Of a stretch of 64,000 nt of DNA, positions 19,595 through 28,450 are shown one piece after another. The translations under genes and the position numbers were made by a program. The stretch's first letter is position 1; the number at the start of each line of letters is the position of its first letter. The notes under the pieces are model-generated. The model searched no databases. It was not told the origin of the DNA and saw only the letters and a program-made list of their open reading frames with translations. The DNA is from Sulfurimonas sp. (GTDB lineage: Bacteria; Campylobacterota; Campylobacteria; Campylobacterales; Sulfurimonadaceae): positions 29,079-93,078 of the forward strand of contig JADGEZ010000004.1 of assembly GCA_016744115.1 (NCBI GenBank), written 5' to 3'.

Positions 19595-20356
19595 ATGACA
19601 AACTTTAAAAGATTTTTATTTACAGTAGGTGTAGTTACGAGTACAATTCTTAGTGCAGATATGATGTCAGATATGATGGATAAAATGAATATCAATGATA
19701 TGAAAATGCCATCTATGGATTCAAAAACAGATAAAAATGTAAAGACTAAAGAAGATAACACGGCAAATCTTCCATTTATGGGTGATGTTAAGATGCCAAC
19801 TATGAATCCAACCAAAGAATCAGGCGATATGAAGATACCCTTTATAGATGAGATAAAAGATATGAAAATGCCAGGGATGGACTCAGATTCTATAGAGATG
19901 CCAAACATGGATAGCATCAAAGATATGAAAATGCCAGGGATGGACTCAGATTCTATAGAGATGCCAAGTATGGATAGCATTAAAGATATGAAAATGCCAA
20001 GCATGGATAATATGAAGATGCCTTCTATGGGAGGTATGAAAATGCCTAATATGAACTCTAAATCAGATTCAGATGGGATGAAAATACCGTTTATGGGTGA
20101 TATGAAAATTCCAAATATGAACTCAGATAATGCAAATATGCCATTTATGGGTGATATGGACAATATGAAAATGCCAGACATAGAGTCAAATAAAGGTGTT
20201 TCTGATATGCAAATACCATTTATGGGTGATATGAAAATGCCAATGATGAATAAAACAAAGACAAAAACAGCTACGATTAATACTTCAGACAAAGCTATAG
20301 TTGAAATGCCTACGATGCCAACTATGCCAAAAATGCCGAACCTTCCAAAGTATTAA
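19595..20356 (+). CDS. Secreted methionine-rich repeat protein (MKMP/MPxM repeats), function unknown
   Basis: Signal-peptide-like MTNFKRFLFTVGVVTSTILSA. Then about 51 Met in 253 aa with no His or Cys. Repeats include DMKMPGMDSDSIEMPNMDSIK and MKIPFMGDMK. ATG at 19595 with GAGGA upstream. The stop overlaps the mltA ATG (TAATG). Confidence 0.7.
   Translation: MTNFKRFLFTVGVVTSTILSADMMSDMMDKMNINDMKMPSMDSKTDKNVKTKEDNTANLPFMGDVKMPTMNPTKESGDMKIPFIDEIKDMKMPGMDSDSIEMPNMDSIKDMKMPGMDSDSIEMPSMDSIKDMKMPSMDNMKMPSMGGMKMPNMNSKSDSDGMKIPFMGDMKIPNMNSDNANMPFMGDMDNMKMPDIESNKGVSDMQIPFMGDMKMPMMNKTKTKTATINTSDKAIVEMPTMPTMPKMPNLPKY
19856..20005 (+). repeat. 63-bp in-frame tandem repeat (2 full units plus a partial third) inside the Met-rich gene
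   Basis: AAAGATATGAAAATGCCAGGGATGGACTCAGATTCTATAGAGATGCCAAACATGGATAGCATC at 19856 and 19919 (2-3 differences). A third unit begins at 19982. Confidence 0.9.
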
Positions 20357-21450
20357 TGAAAATCACTTGCGGTTTAATAATTGCACTTATCATAGTTACT
20401 TTTTTAGGCTGTTCTAAAGAGCCTAAGATAATTTATAAAGAGTTAGTGAAAACATCTTTAGTTAAATCTAGTTTTAATGAACTTCCACAGTGGAGGGAAG
20501 AAAATTATGATGATGTATTGATGAACTTTATTAACTCTTGTAAGACTAAAAAAACTAGAAAAATATATACAAGTCTTTGTCAAGTAGCACTGTCTACAAA
20601 AAATGCAAAATATTTTTTACAAGATAACTTTACTCCATATAGGATTTATTCAAAAAAAGAGGGACTTTTAACGGGATACTATGAGCCACAACTCCAAGGA
20701 TCTTTAAGTAAAACTAAAAAATACAAATACCCAGTATATATGACACCCAAAGATTTAGTCATTGTAGATTTATCCTCCATATATCCTGAGTTGAAAAATT
20801 ATAGATTACGAGGGAAGATAAGAGAAAATAGACTTGTACCTTACGCAAAAAGATCACAAAATTTTTCTAATACCATGCAATCAGATGCTATTTGTTATGT
20901 TGATTCTAAAATGGATTTGTTTTTTTTAGAGATACAAGGTTCTGGGCGTGTGATACTTGAAAATGGGAGCATTTTGTATATAGGTTATGATAACCAAAAT
21001 GGTCATAAGTATAGAGCTATAGGCAGGTATCTTGTTGAAATTGGTGCTTTAGAGTTAAAAAGTGTATCTTTACAAAGTATTCGTGCATGGTTAGATACGA
21101 ATCCATCAAGAGTTGATGAAGTTTTAAACTATAACGATTCTGTAGTATATTTTAAGCAAATAAAACAAACGGCTACAGGTTCATTAGGACTTCGTTTAAC
21201 CCCAAATCGTTCTATCGCTGTAGATAGGAGATATATTCCATTAGGGAGTATTTTATATTTAAGTGCTATTATAGATGCTAAAGAGTTTCAAAAAGTAGTT
21301 TTTGCACAAGATACTGGTGGTGCTATAAGGGGGAGGGTGAGGGCTGATATATTTTTAGGTTCTGGAAGTCAAGCAAAAGAGTCTGCGGGTAAATTAAAAT
21401 CAGCATTAAAACTTTGGATACTACTTCCAAAAGAAAAAAGTAATGAATAA
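20356..21450 (+). CDS. mltA: Membrane-bound lytic murein transglycosylase A (lipoprotein)
   Basis: Lipobox VTFLGC; GYYEP; 3D-domain motifs IAVD..IPLGS and DTGGAIRG..RADIFLG. Confidence 0.85.
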   Translation: MKITCGLIIALIIVTFLGCSKEPKIIYKELVKTSLVKSSFNELPQWREENYDDVLMNFINSCKTKKTRKIYTSLCQVALSTKNAKYFLQDNFTPYRIYSKKEGLLTGYYEPQLQGSLSKTKKYKYPVYMTPKDLVIVDLSSIYPELKNYRLRGKIRENRLVPYAKRSQNFSNTMQSDAICYVDSKMDLFFLEIQGSGRVILENGSILYIGYDNQNGHKYRAIGRYLVEIGALELKSVSLQSIRAWLDTNPSRVDEVLNYNDSVVYFKQIKQTATGSLGLRLTPNRSIAVDRRYIPLGSILYLSAIIDAKEFQKVVFAQDTGGAIRGRVRADIFLGSGSQAKESAGKLKSALKLWILLPKEKSNE

Positions 21451-22012
21451 CTCATTAGATAAATTTAATCGTTTAGTGGATGCACTCCGAGAGTTGCCAA
21501 CAATAGGTAAAAAATCAGCTACAAGATTGGCCTATTTTATGGTGATGAATGATAGTTTTGCAGGGATGAAAATATTAAATGCCATAGAAGATGCACTTGG
21601 TAGTTTGAAAAAATGTACACGATGCGGTGGAATGAGTGAAGATGAGTTATGTTTTATCTGTTGTGATGAACGGCGAGATGATACGGTACTTTGCATTGTT
21701 GAAAATGCTAAAGATATACTTTTACTTGAAGAAAATGGACTTTTTGATGGCAAGTATTTTGTACTTGATGCTCTTGATGAGTTTACACTCTCTACACTTG
21801 TCTCTATTGTGAAATCTGGAGTATCTGAAGTTTTATTTGCTATAACACCCTCTATTTCTAACGATGCAGTAATACTTTACATAGAAGATAAATTGAAGAG
21901 TTTTGAAATACATTTTTCTAAAATAGCACAAGGCGTTCCGACAGGCGTGAGTTTAGAAAATGTCGATATATTGTCCTTAACAAGGGCTTTAGAAGACAGA
22001 GTAAAAGTTTAG
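21443..22012 (+). CDS. recR: Recombination protein RecR
   Basis: LPTIGKKSATRLAY helix-hairpin-helix, CTRCGG..CFIC zinc finger, and a Toprim region (LCIVENAKD). Confidence 0.9.
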   Translation: MNNSLDKFNRLVDALRELPTIGKKSATRLAYFMVMNDSFAGMKILNAIEDALGSLKKCTRCGGMSEDELCFICCDERRDDTVLCIVENAKDILLLEENGLFDGKYFVLDALDEFTLSTLVSIVKSGVSEVLFAITPSISNDAVILYIEDKLKSFEIHFSKIAQGVPTGVSLENVDILSLTRALEDRVKV

Positions 22013-22144
22013 TAAATACATTACTATCTAATGATACATCTTTTTATGAAGAATATTATTTCGCTTTCAAAAGGATGTTAAATATGAAATCTATAGAAAT
22101 TTCTATTAAAATGAAGATGATTTTTTAATCATTAGTACTGTACT

Positions 22145-22413
22145 TAAGTAATAGAGCATAAATAACTTCATAGCTAACATCATTTAAAAGGTTTAGATTC
22201 AAGGCGAATTTGACTTGGCGATACTAGTATCGTTAAGTTAAAGTTCAACGAAGAAGATAATCCTTTTAAATGATGCCCGTAGGGTGAAAAGATACACTAC
22301 AATCTACTGCGTTAAAAGTTCTTAAAGCTACTAGTAGCTCCTGCGAACTTTCGCCTTGTACCTTTCAGTGTATCTTTTCATTAGCTATGAAGTTATTTAT
22401 GCCCTATTACTTA
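22145..22413 (-). repeat. Full copy of the 268-bp nested-palindrome MITE-like element (inverted relative to the 28-kb and 37-kb copies)
   Basis: TAAGTAATAGAGCATAAATAACTTCATAGCTAA ... TTAGCTATGAAGTTATTTATGCCCTATTACTTA. The interior is the reverse complement of the other copies. Lies between convergent recR and the LPP20-like gene. Confidence 0.9.
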
Positions 22414-22507
22414 TAGTCTCACTTGCAATGATTATAATGTCCCTAGAAAAACAAAACAACTTAGCTATGTAATAAAAGAAATAGAAGACATAAATTTACA
22501 TAGTCCG

Positions 22508-23506
22508 CTAAATATCAAGACCGATAATTTTTGAAATTCCCTCTTTATGTATCAAAGTATTTAATTTCACGGCTACATTTTCTTTAGCAATTTTATTACC
22601 CTGTGTTGATTGCCCAGTTATATGCAACTTATTGCTTCCCACTATAACGCCCTTGTAGTCTTTGACTGTGATTGATATAGCAACTCTTGCTAAATTAAAA
22701 CCATAAGATGAGGCTATGAGTGTTTTAGAATTTATGTAAATGCTAAAATGATTTTTATCCTTAGCATTTTTTATTTTATATTTTTTAGAACTCAAAGCCT
22801 TTCTTAGAGAACTTTTTAGATTTTTTGCGTCAGTATTACTGTGGATACTAAAACTAATTTTGGATAAAAGCACATCATATTTATTTTGTATTTTTTGAAG
22901 CTTCTGAATATATGTAGTATCATTAAACTTTGGATTTAAAGAGTGTAAGAGGGCTAAAGTAGCATGTATATCATCCAAAGATTTAATAGAGTTTTTATAT
23001 ACAGAAAGTTCTTTAATCGCATGATAATTTTTAGCCATTTTATTTTGAGCTAGCTTAAACTTAGTATCTAAGTCTTGATGTAAGCCTTGCGATAGACTTT
23101 TCTTGTCTATTTTTATAGCTACTAAATAACGCTTAAAACTAAAGTTATCAGAGTGAATTACTTCATAATTATTAATTCTTATCTTTTGTACTTGAGTTCT
23201 TATATCACTTGAAGATGTAGTTTGGATACTCTCAAAATAACCCTCTTTTACAAGAGTTTTAGTATGAAAATCAGAGGAGATAGAAATACTTAAGCTTGAA
23301 AGTATTTCACTTAAAGCATTGGCGATTGCATCAGATTTGCTTTCTCCTTCGGCTACAGTATAAAGTGTTGCGGAGGTAGTTTGCATAGGGTTTTGATACC
23401 AAATCGGCAATTCTTTTTGTAAGGAGATAATTCTTTTTTTTGAAGAACATCCATAAAATAAAAAAAGTACTAAAAATAAGCTCAAAGCCAATCTAAAAAA
23501 AATCAT
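22508..23506 (-). CDS. Lipoprotein with N-terminal LPP20-like domain
   Basis: Lipobox LFLFYGC. LPIWYQNP..LYTVAEGESKSDAIANALSEILSSLSISISS fits the LPP20 pattern. Last gene of the bat-lipoprotein operon. Confidence 0.55.
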   Translation of the reverse strand: MIFFRLALSLFLVLFLFYGCSSKKRIISLQKELPIWYQNPMQTTSATLYTVAEGESKSDAIANALSEILSSLSISISSDFHTKTLVKEGYFESIQTTSSSDIRTQVQKIRINNYEVIHSDNFSFKRYLVAIKIDKKSLSQGLHQDLDTKFKLAQNKMAKNYHAIKELSVYKNSIKSLDDIHATLALLHSLNPKFNDTTYIQKLQKIQNKYDVLLSKISFSIHSNTDAKNLKSSLRKALSSKKYKIKNAKDKNHFSIYINSKTLIASSYGFNLARVAISITVKDYKGVIVGSNKLHITGQSTQGNKIAKENVAVKLNTLIHKEGISKIIGLDI

Positions 23507-23516
23507 ACTTATCTAC

Positions 23517-24518
23517 CTATCTATCCATCTGTTGTTTTGTGATTTTGTGATTTTGTATTATAGAAATTATTCTAAGATAGGCTACATCAATAATTTCAAC
23601 TGGCTTTGATGTTAAGTTGTCAGCTTTTTTATAATAAGATAAAGCCTTCTCATAATCACCTTGAGCCTCTTTTACTACCCCAAGATTATAAAATGCTACA
23701 TAACTTTGTTGTGCTGTAGAGTTTATCAGCTCAATTAAGAGCTTATCAGCTTTTAGATAGCGATTATGCTTGATGTATTTGAGAGAATTTTTCAAAAGTA
23801 GTTCTTGCTCATCGTTATAATCTAAATCAGGTTTTTCTAAAAGTTCAACTTCAAAGTATGTATAATGAGGTGTCAAACGATGTGTAAAATCATTTGCTAT
23901 GCTTGATGCTAACTGATTTACAACACTTGCTTTTGAGGGAAGTGAGCGGTAATCATCACTACAATGTGTAAATTTTTCCTCTTTAGAGAGGTTATCTGCG
24001 TAAATTATATCGCCTCTTTGAATATCTACTATCTTAATATCAGCAGATAAACTGATAATTCTTTTTGTACAACGGACATCATAATCGTACGTTTTTTTAC
24101 ACTTCTTATCAGCACATTTTACTTTTGTTTCATAATAATGAGTATCACTTAAGCCTACTCTATTTACTCTTCCAGAAATGAGTGCTTTTGCTCCCATGAG
24201 GCTACCAACTTCAACAATATCTTGAGTATCTACTAAACCGCTATTTTGGATTTTTTGCTCTTTAATTATCTGATGTATATCACTTCTACTAATCATTGTA
24301 AAAAAAGATTTATTTTCTATCTTAAAGCTTGCTAAATTTGATTCTATTTTTGAGGAGAGTCCTACTGTATCGTTTTTAAACCCGATAACAGCTATCTTTT
24401 TTATTTTTGTAACTCTATCAATTTCTGCTGGTTCAAGAGCTTGAATATGAACTTTTTGAGTGCAGGCAAGCATAAAAAGAGATAAAAAGATGCTAAGTGT
24501 TAAAAAATATTTTTTCAT
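23517..24518 (-). CDS. Lipoprotein, LpoB/CsgG/FlgO-like N-terminal domain plus C-terminal TPR
   Basis: Lipobox LFMLAC. IAVIGFKNDT..SKIESNLA..RSDIHQIIKEQKIQNSGLVD..LMGAKALISGRV resembles the LpoB/CsgG-type fold. TPR-like YNLGVVKEAQGDYEKALSYYKKA. Confidence 0.5.
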   Translation of the reverse strand: MKKYFLTLSIFLSLFMLACTQKVHIQALEPAEIDRVTKIKKIAVIGFKNDTVGLSSKIESNLASFKIENKSFFTMISRSDIHQIIKEQKIQNSGLVDTQDIVEVGSLMGAKALISGRVNRVGLSDTHYYETKVKCADKKCKKTYDYDVRCTKRIISLSADIKIVDIQRGDIIYADNLSKEEKFTHCSDDYRSLPSKASVVNQLASSIANDFTHRLTPHYTYFEVELLEKPDLDYNDEQELLLKNSLKYIKHNRYLKADKLLIELINSTAQQSYVAFYNLGVVKEAQGDYEKALSYYKKADNLTSKPVEIIDVAYLRIISIIQNHKITKQQMDR

Positions 24519-24541
24519 AAAGTATTTTAGTTTAAAAGCAT

Positions 24542-25648
24542 TTAATTGTCTATTAATTTTAAAACTTTATTTTTCTCTTGTGCTAATGACTTGTTTGAGT
24601 TTAACTCTAAAAGTATGCTACTGAATTTCTTCTCATCTTCTAATATCAAAATGATACTCAAAGCATCTAAAGATTTGACCGACTTAACTTTTTGGATAAA
24701 AATCATATCTTTTGAAGCTGTTTTTTCTTTTTTAAAATTGATTTTAGCGATTAAATATCCTGCTAAAAAAGTTAATATATAATAGATAAATCCAAAGTTT
24801 ATAGGTTTATTCTCTTCCAGATTGTCTAGCAACTCTTCTTTTTTATAAACTTTATTCACTTTAACCGCGGTGGATTTTATCTTTAAATATTTTAAACTTC
24901 TTGATTCTAAATCAAAGTATTTTATTTCTAAGTCAGGTATAGTAAAATCTTTTTCGCCCACAAAAGCAAACTGTTGATGCCATGAGCCTTTTTCTCCGTC
25001 CTTAGTATATTGCATATCTATAAAAGGTTTTTGTGTAAATATCTTTACTCCCTCTATTTGAAACTTTATAGCCTCTAACTCATGTAAATTTCCAATTCCT
25101 GAGATATGAATGTCAAAATGATACGGCTCATAAGCTTTTACTTCTTCTTTATCTTTTTTTATCTCTATCTTAAACTTACCAACTAAAGCACTATAACTTG
25201 CTATAGCATTTATTTTTGGACTAGGGAGAGGGAGCATTTTTTCTTTAAACTCTTCATCTCCTCTATCATCATCTCTGCTTCCAGAACTATATACGATTGA
25301 TTCCAAAGTAGTTTCTCTCATGTTGGCTTCAAGTCTTAATGTAAATTTCCCCTCAACCTTAGCCTTAGCCAAATACTCATAAGTACTCACTCTTTTACCA
25401 TCTATAAACGCATCTCTTTTTTTGATTAGTTTAAGCTTATAGTCATTTTTGTTATAAAACGGCTTGAGAACTATAGTAAAAAGCTCCCCCCTATCACTAA
25501 ATTCACACACATATTTTAAATAAATAGCTTCATTGACATAAACTTCATTTTTAGAACTAGTCGAACTCCATTCATAGCTTGATGCCATTAATCCAACATG
25601 AAAAAAGATTATAATAAATACAAAACTACTACCAAGGCTTTTTCTCAT
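24542..25648 (-). CDS. batD: BatD-like (oxygen-tolerance family) protein
   Basis: Signal peptide, long beta-rich ectodomain, single C-terminal TM (FGFIYYILTFLAGYLIA). Positioned after batA/batB with a 20-nt overlap. The call rests mainly on context. Confidence 0.55.
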   Translation of the reverse strand: MRKSLGSSFVFIIIFFHVGLMASSYEWSSTSSKNEVYVNEAIYLKYVCEFSDRGELFTIVLKPFYNKNDYKLKLIKKRDAFIDGKRVSTYEYLAKAKVEGKFTLRLEANMRETTLESIVYSSGSRDDDRGDEEFKEKMLPLPSPKINAIASYSALVGKFKIEIKKDKEEVKAYEPYHFDIHISGIGNLHELEAIKFQIEGVKIFTQKPFIDMQYTKDGEKGSWHQQFAFVGEKDFTIPDLEIKYFDLESRSLKYLKIKSTAVKVNKVYKKEELLDNLEENKPINFGFIYYILTFLAGYLIAKINFKKEKTASKDMIFIQKVKSVKSLDALSIILILEDEKKFSSILLELNSNKSLAQEKNKVLKLIDN

Positions 25649-27047
25649 TTATCCCCCTTTTATTTATCAACTCATATTGTTTTGAACTGAGCTTAGCCTT
25701 TCCCTTGTTTAAGTTCAACATAGCTTCACTTTTAGTTTTTTCTCCAATATCTGCACTTCCACCACTCGCAGGGGCTGATACTTTCATATTTGAACTTCCA
25801 CCTGATTTGGATTTTTTAGAGTTTTTTCTTTTTTTGGCAATGGAAGATTTTTTTTTAGATCTTTCTTGCCCTGTACTCATCTCTTGTTGTTCCTCTATAT
25901 CTCTAATATAACGCATATTTTCATCTGCTTCAAGAGAGTAAAAGAGTGTTAATGATTTTAAGTAGGCATCTCTAGCTTTTTTGAACTCTTTTAATCTTAT
26001 AAATGAATTTCCTATATTGTAAAAAACTACAGATTTAAATTCTGCATTGGATGATTTTAATATCTCATAATGACTAAGTGCTTTTTCATACTCCCCAGCC
26101 TTATAATACTCACTTGCCTTGAGAAAATTTTGAGTTCTTGAACTCGCGTCTAAGCTAATAGTAAAAAGAAGTAAAAAAGCGATAATGTATCTTTTTAAAC
26201 TTGTTAAAGTCACTAAAAATGTAAAAATAGCTAAGACTATAAAATAGTAAAAAAATTCCATATTTTGAACGAGAGTTGTTTGTGTTTTATACTCTGTGTT
26301 TTTTTGAGTATCAAGGGCATCTCTTAGCGTATTAAAATCTTTTGTATAAACCCCAGCACTTGCTATAAGTTTTATGGCATCATTTTCACGGCTTACTAAA
26401 ATATCGCCTGTTTCATCTTTGATAAGTTCCCCATTATCAGCATGAAGAGTCGCCCCCATTTCACTTGCTAAGATAAAAACATTGACAATCATCCCTCTTT
26501 TTTTCGCAAAGTTTGCTTCATCTTCATAAGAAAACTCATCCCCACCATCACTTAAGATCACAAGAGAAGGTTTTTTAGACTTTGACATCTTCGCTGATAA
26601 TTCTAAAGCCGACATGACAGAACTACCCTTTGTCATAATCAAATTTGTATCTAGTCCATCATACAAGTGCATGAGCAATTCACTATCTTGTGTTAAAGGA
26701 GATAAAACTACAGCGTTTGTAGTAAACCCTATAACAGCATATCTTGTATTGGTATCGCTTTTAACAAGTTTTTTGAGTATCACTTTTGCTCTAGTTAATC
26801 GTGAGGGTTTTATATCTGTAGCACTCATAGAATGAGATAAATCTACAGCAATAATCACATCACTTAAAACTTGTTCACTTTTTATAGGTTCTTGATGTAT
26901 GACAGGGCGAACTAAGGCAAGTACGATAAATATAAAAGTAAGAACATAACCATAAGAGATAAAATTTATTTCTCTAAAGTTCTTTTTGATAAACAAAGGC
27001 AAAAGCAGTATCAAAAAGTAAACAAACTCAGGATTTAAAAAACTCAT
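25629..27047 (-). CDS. batB: BatB-like VWA-domain membrane protein fused to a BatC-like TPR region
   Basis: N-terminal TMs, MIDAS motif DVIIAVDLSHSMSATD, TPR (YYKAGEYEKALSHYE, YNIGNSFIRLKEFKKARDAY), and a Lys/Ser-rich tail. Confidence 0.7.
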   Translation of the reverse strand: MSFLNPEFVYFLILLLPLFIKKNFREINFISYGYVLTFIFIVLALVRPVIHQEPIKSEQVLSDVIIAVDLSHSMSATDIKPSRLTRAKVILKKLVKSDTNTRYAVIGFTTNAVVLSPLTQDSELLMHLYDGLDTNLIMTKGSSVMSALELSAKMSKSKKPSLVILSDGGDEFSYEDEANFAKKRGMIVNVFILASEMGATLHADNGELIKDETGDILVSRENDAIKLIASAGVYTKDFNTLRDALDTQKNTEYKTQTTLVQNMEFFYYFIVLAIFTFLVTLTSLKRYIIAFLLLFTISLDASSRTQNFLKASEYYKAGEYEKALSHYEILKSSNAEFKSVVFYNIGNSFIRLKEFKKARDAYLKSLTLFYSLEADENMRYIRDIEEQQEMSTGQERSKKKSSIAKKRKNSKKSKSGGSSNMKVSAPASGGSADIGEKTKSEAMLNLNKGKAKLSSKQYELINKRGINEKKPW

Positions 27048-27967
27048 CTTTTGAACGCTTTAAAAAGTAAAAAAGAGAGTAAAAACAATGCTAAGATAAG
27101 AAGACTCTGATAATAAAACTCTTTGTGTAAATACTCTTTACTTCTAATCTTTGAAGACTCTAAGGTATCTATTTTTTCATACACTTTTTGTAATTCTTGA
27201 GCTGAATTTGCACTAAAAAATTCCCCCTTACTCTCTTTTGAAATTTGCTTGAGTAAGGCTTCATCCGTATTACTTTTGTCTCCAATGGCTATAGTGTAAA
27301 TTTTGATATTTTTATCATTGGCTAATTTTGCAGCATCTTTAGGCGAAATTAATCCGCTATTATGTTCACCGTCAGTTAAAAGTATGATAATCTTTGTTTT
27401 TGCACGAGAATGCTTAAAAGCTCGTATTCCCATGGCTATAGCTTCGCCAATTGCAGTATTTTGCCCAGCCATGCCTTGATTTAAGTAAGATAACATCTCA
27501 ACGACTATCTCTTTTTCATAAGTTATAGGGGAGGCTATAAAGGCAAAATCTCCATACATAACTATCCCCACATTATCGCTCACTCTTTTATAGATAAATT
27601 CTTTAACGATAAGCTTTGTAATCTCAAAACGAGATAACCTTTTTCCCTCACTCACTTCATTTTCTTTATCATAACCCGATGCGTTCATAGAACCACTTGC
27701 GTCAATAGCTAAAACTATATCTTTGCCATCTCTATTGAGGGGATTTAACTTATCTATTATGATGGGGGAAGTTAAGGCGATACATAAAAGCACAAAAATT
27801 ATTATTTTAATTATCCATTCTAATTTTAAAAAATTCTTTTTTAAAGATAAAAAATGTAAATGGACAAAAAACTTAGGATTCATCTTCTCTTTACATCTAT
27901 AAAGACAGTAAATTATTGGAATTAACAATAAAATTAGTAAAGGGTATTCAAAACTATAGTAATTCAT
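27044..27967 (-). CDS. batA: BatA-like VWA-domain membrane protein
   Basis: Two N-terminal TMs, MIDAS motif DIVLAIDASGSMNA, LLTDGEHN, and a C-terminal TM. Confidence 0.7.
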   Translation of the reverse strand: MNYYSFEYPLLILLLIPIIYCLYRCKEKMNPKFFVHLHFLSLKKNFLKLEWIIKIIIFVLLCIALTSPIIIDKLNPLNRDGKDIVLAIDASGSMNASGYDKENEVSEGKRLSRFEITKLIVKEFIYKRVSDNVGIVMYGDFAFIASPITYEKEIVVEMLSYLNQGMAGQNTAIGEAIAMGIRAFKHSRAKTKIIILLTDGEHNSGLISPKDAAKLANDKNIKIYTIAIGDKSNTDEALLKQISKESKGEFFSANSAQELQKVYEKIDTLESSKIRSKEYLHKEFYYQSLLILALFLLSFLLFKAFKR

Positions 27968-28027
27968 TGGCTGTATTTTATCTAAAAATAACTTTTATGT
28001 CTGTTTTTATAAGCTCCAAACACGCTA

Positions 28028-28128
28028 AATCAAAGTTAATGTCATTCTCAGCTTGACTGGGAATCTAGTCATTATTCAGATAAGTTAGACCCTAGTCAAG
28101 TTCAAAATGACAGATTAAGCAGGTTTTC
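28028..28128 (+). repeat. ~100-bp REP-like element (decayed copy of the 49751-49855 element)
   Basis: AAATCAAAGTTAATGTCATTCTCAGCTTGACTGGGAATCTAGTC is identical to 49751-49794. The second hairpin is degraded (CCCTAGTCAAGTTCAAAATG versus CCCTGAATCAAGTTCAGGGTG). Confidence 0.8.
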
Positions 28129-28138
28129 TCGGACATTA

Positions 28139-28406
28139 TAAGTAATAGGGCATAAATAAATTCATAGCTAATGAAAAGATACACTCCAAGGTACAAGGCG
28201 AAAGTTCGCAGGAGCTACTAGTAGCTTTAAGAAATTTTAACGCACTAGATTGTAGTGTATCTTTTCACCCTACGGGCATAATTTAAAAGGATTATCTTCT
28301 TTGTTGAACTTAACTTAACGATACTTGTATCGCCAAGTCAAATTCGCCTTGAATCTAAACCTTTTAAATGATGTTAGCTATGAAGTTATTTATGCCCTAT
28401 TACTTA
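28139..28406 (+). repeat. Full copy of the 268-bp nested-palindrome MITE-like element
   Basis: 32-nt terminal inverted repeats. Internal 14-bp stems TGAAAAGATACACT/AGTGTATCTTTTCA and CAT(A/C)ATTTAAAAGG/CCTTTTAAATGATG. Apical palindromes AGCTACTAGTAGCT and CGATAC(T/A)TGTATCG. Confidence 0.9.
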
Positions 28407-28450
28407 CTCTTCACTCCAAATATTTTCTGTCTTTGTGATAATCTCATCTC

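Noticed and set aside
19531-20292. 253-aa ORF on the minus strand (GIFISPINGI repeats)
   Set aside because: It is the antisense shadow of the ATG-rich Met-repeat gene (CAT/ATC-rich complement). It has no RBS or signal features. The plus-strand gene has a signal peptide and is coupled to mltA.
28171-28221. 16-codon basic mini-ORF inside MITE module 1 (MKRYT(A/P)RYKAKVRR(S/I)Y)
   Set aside because: No RBS. Differences between copies are mostly non-synonymous. The 17.5-kb copy is frameshifted. It is best explained as chance within a palindrome.
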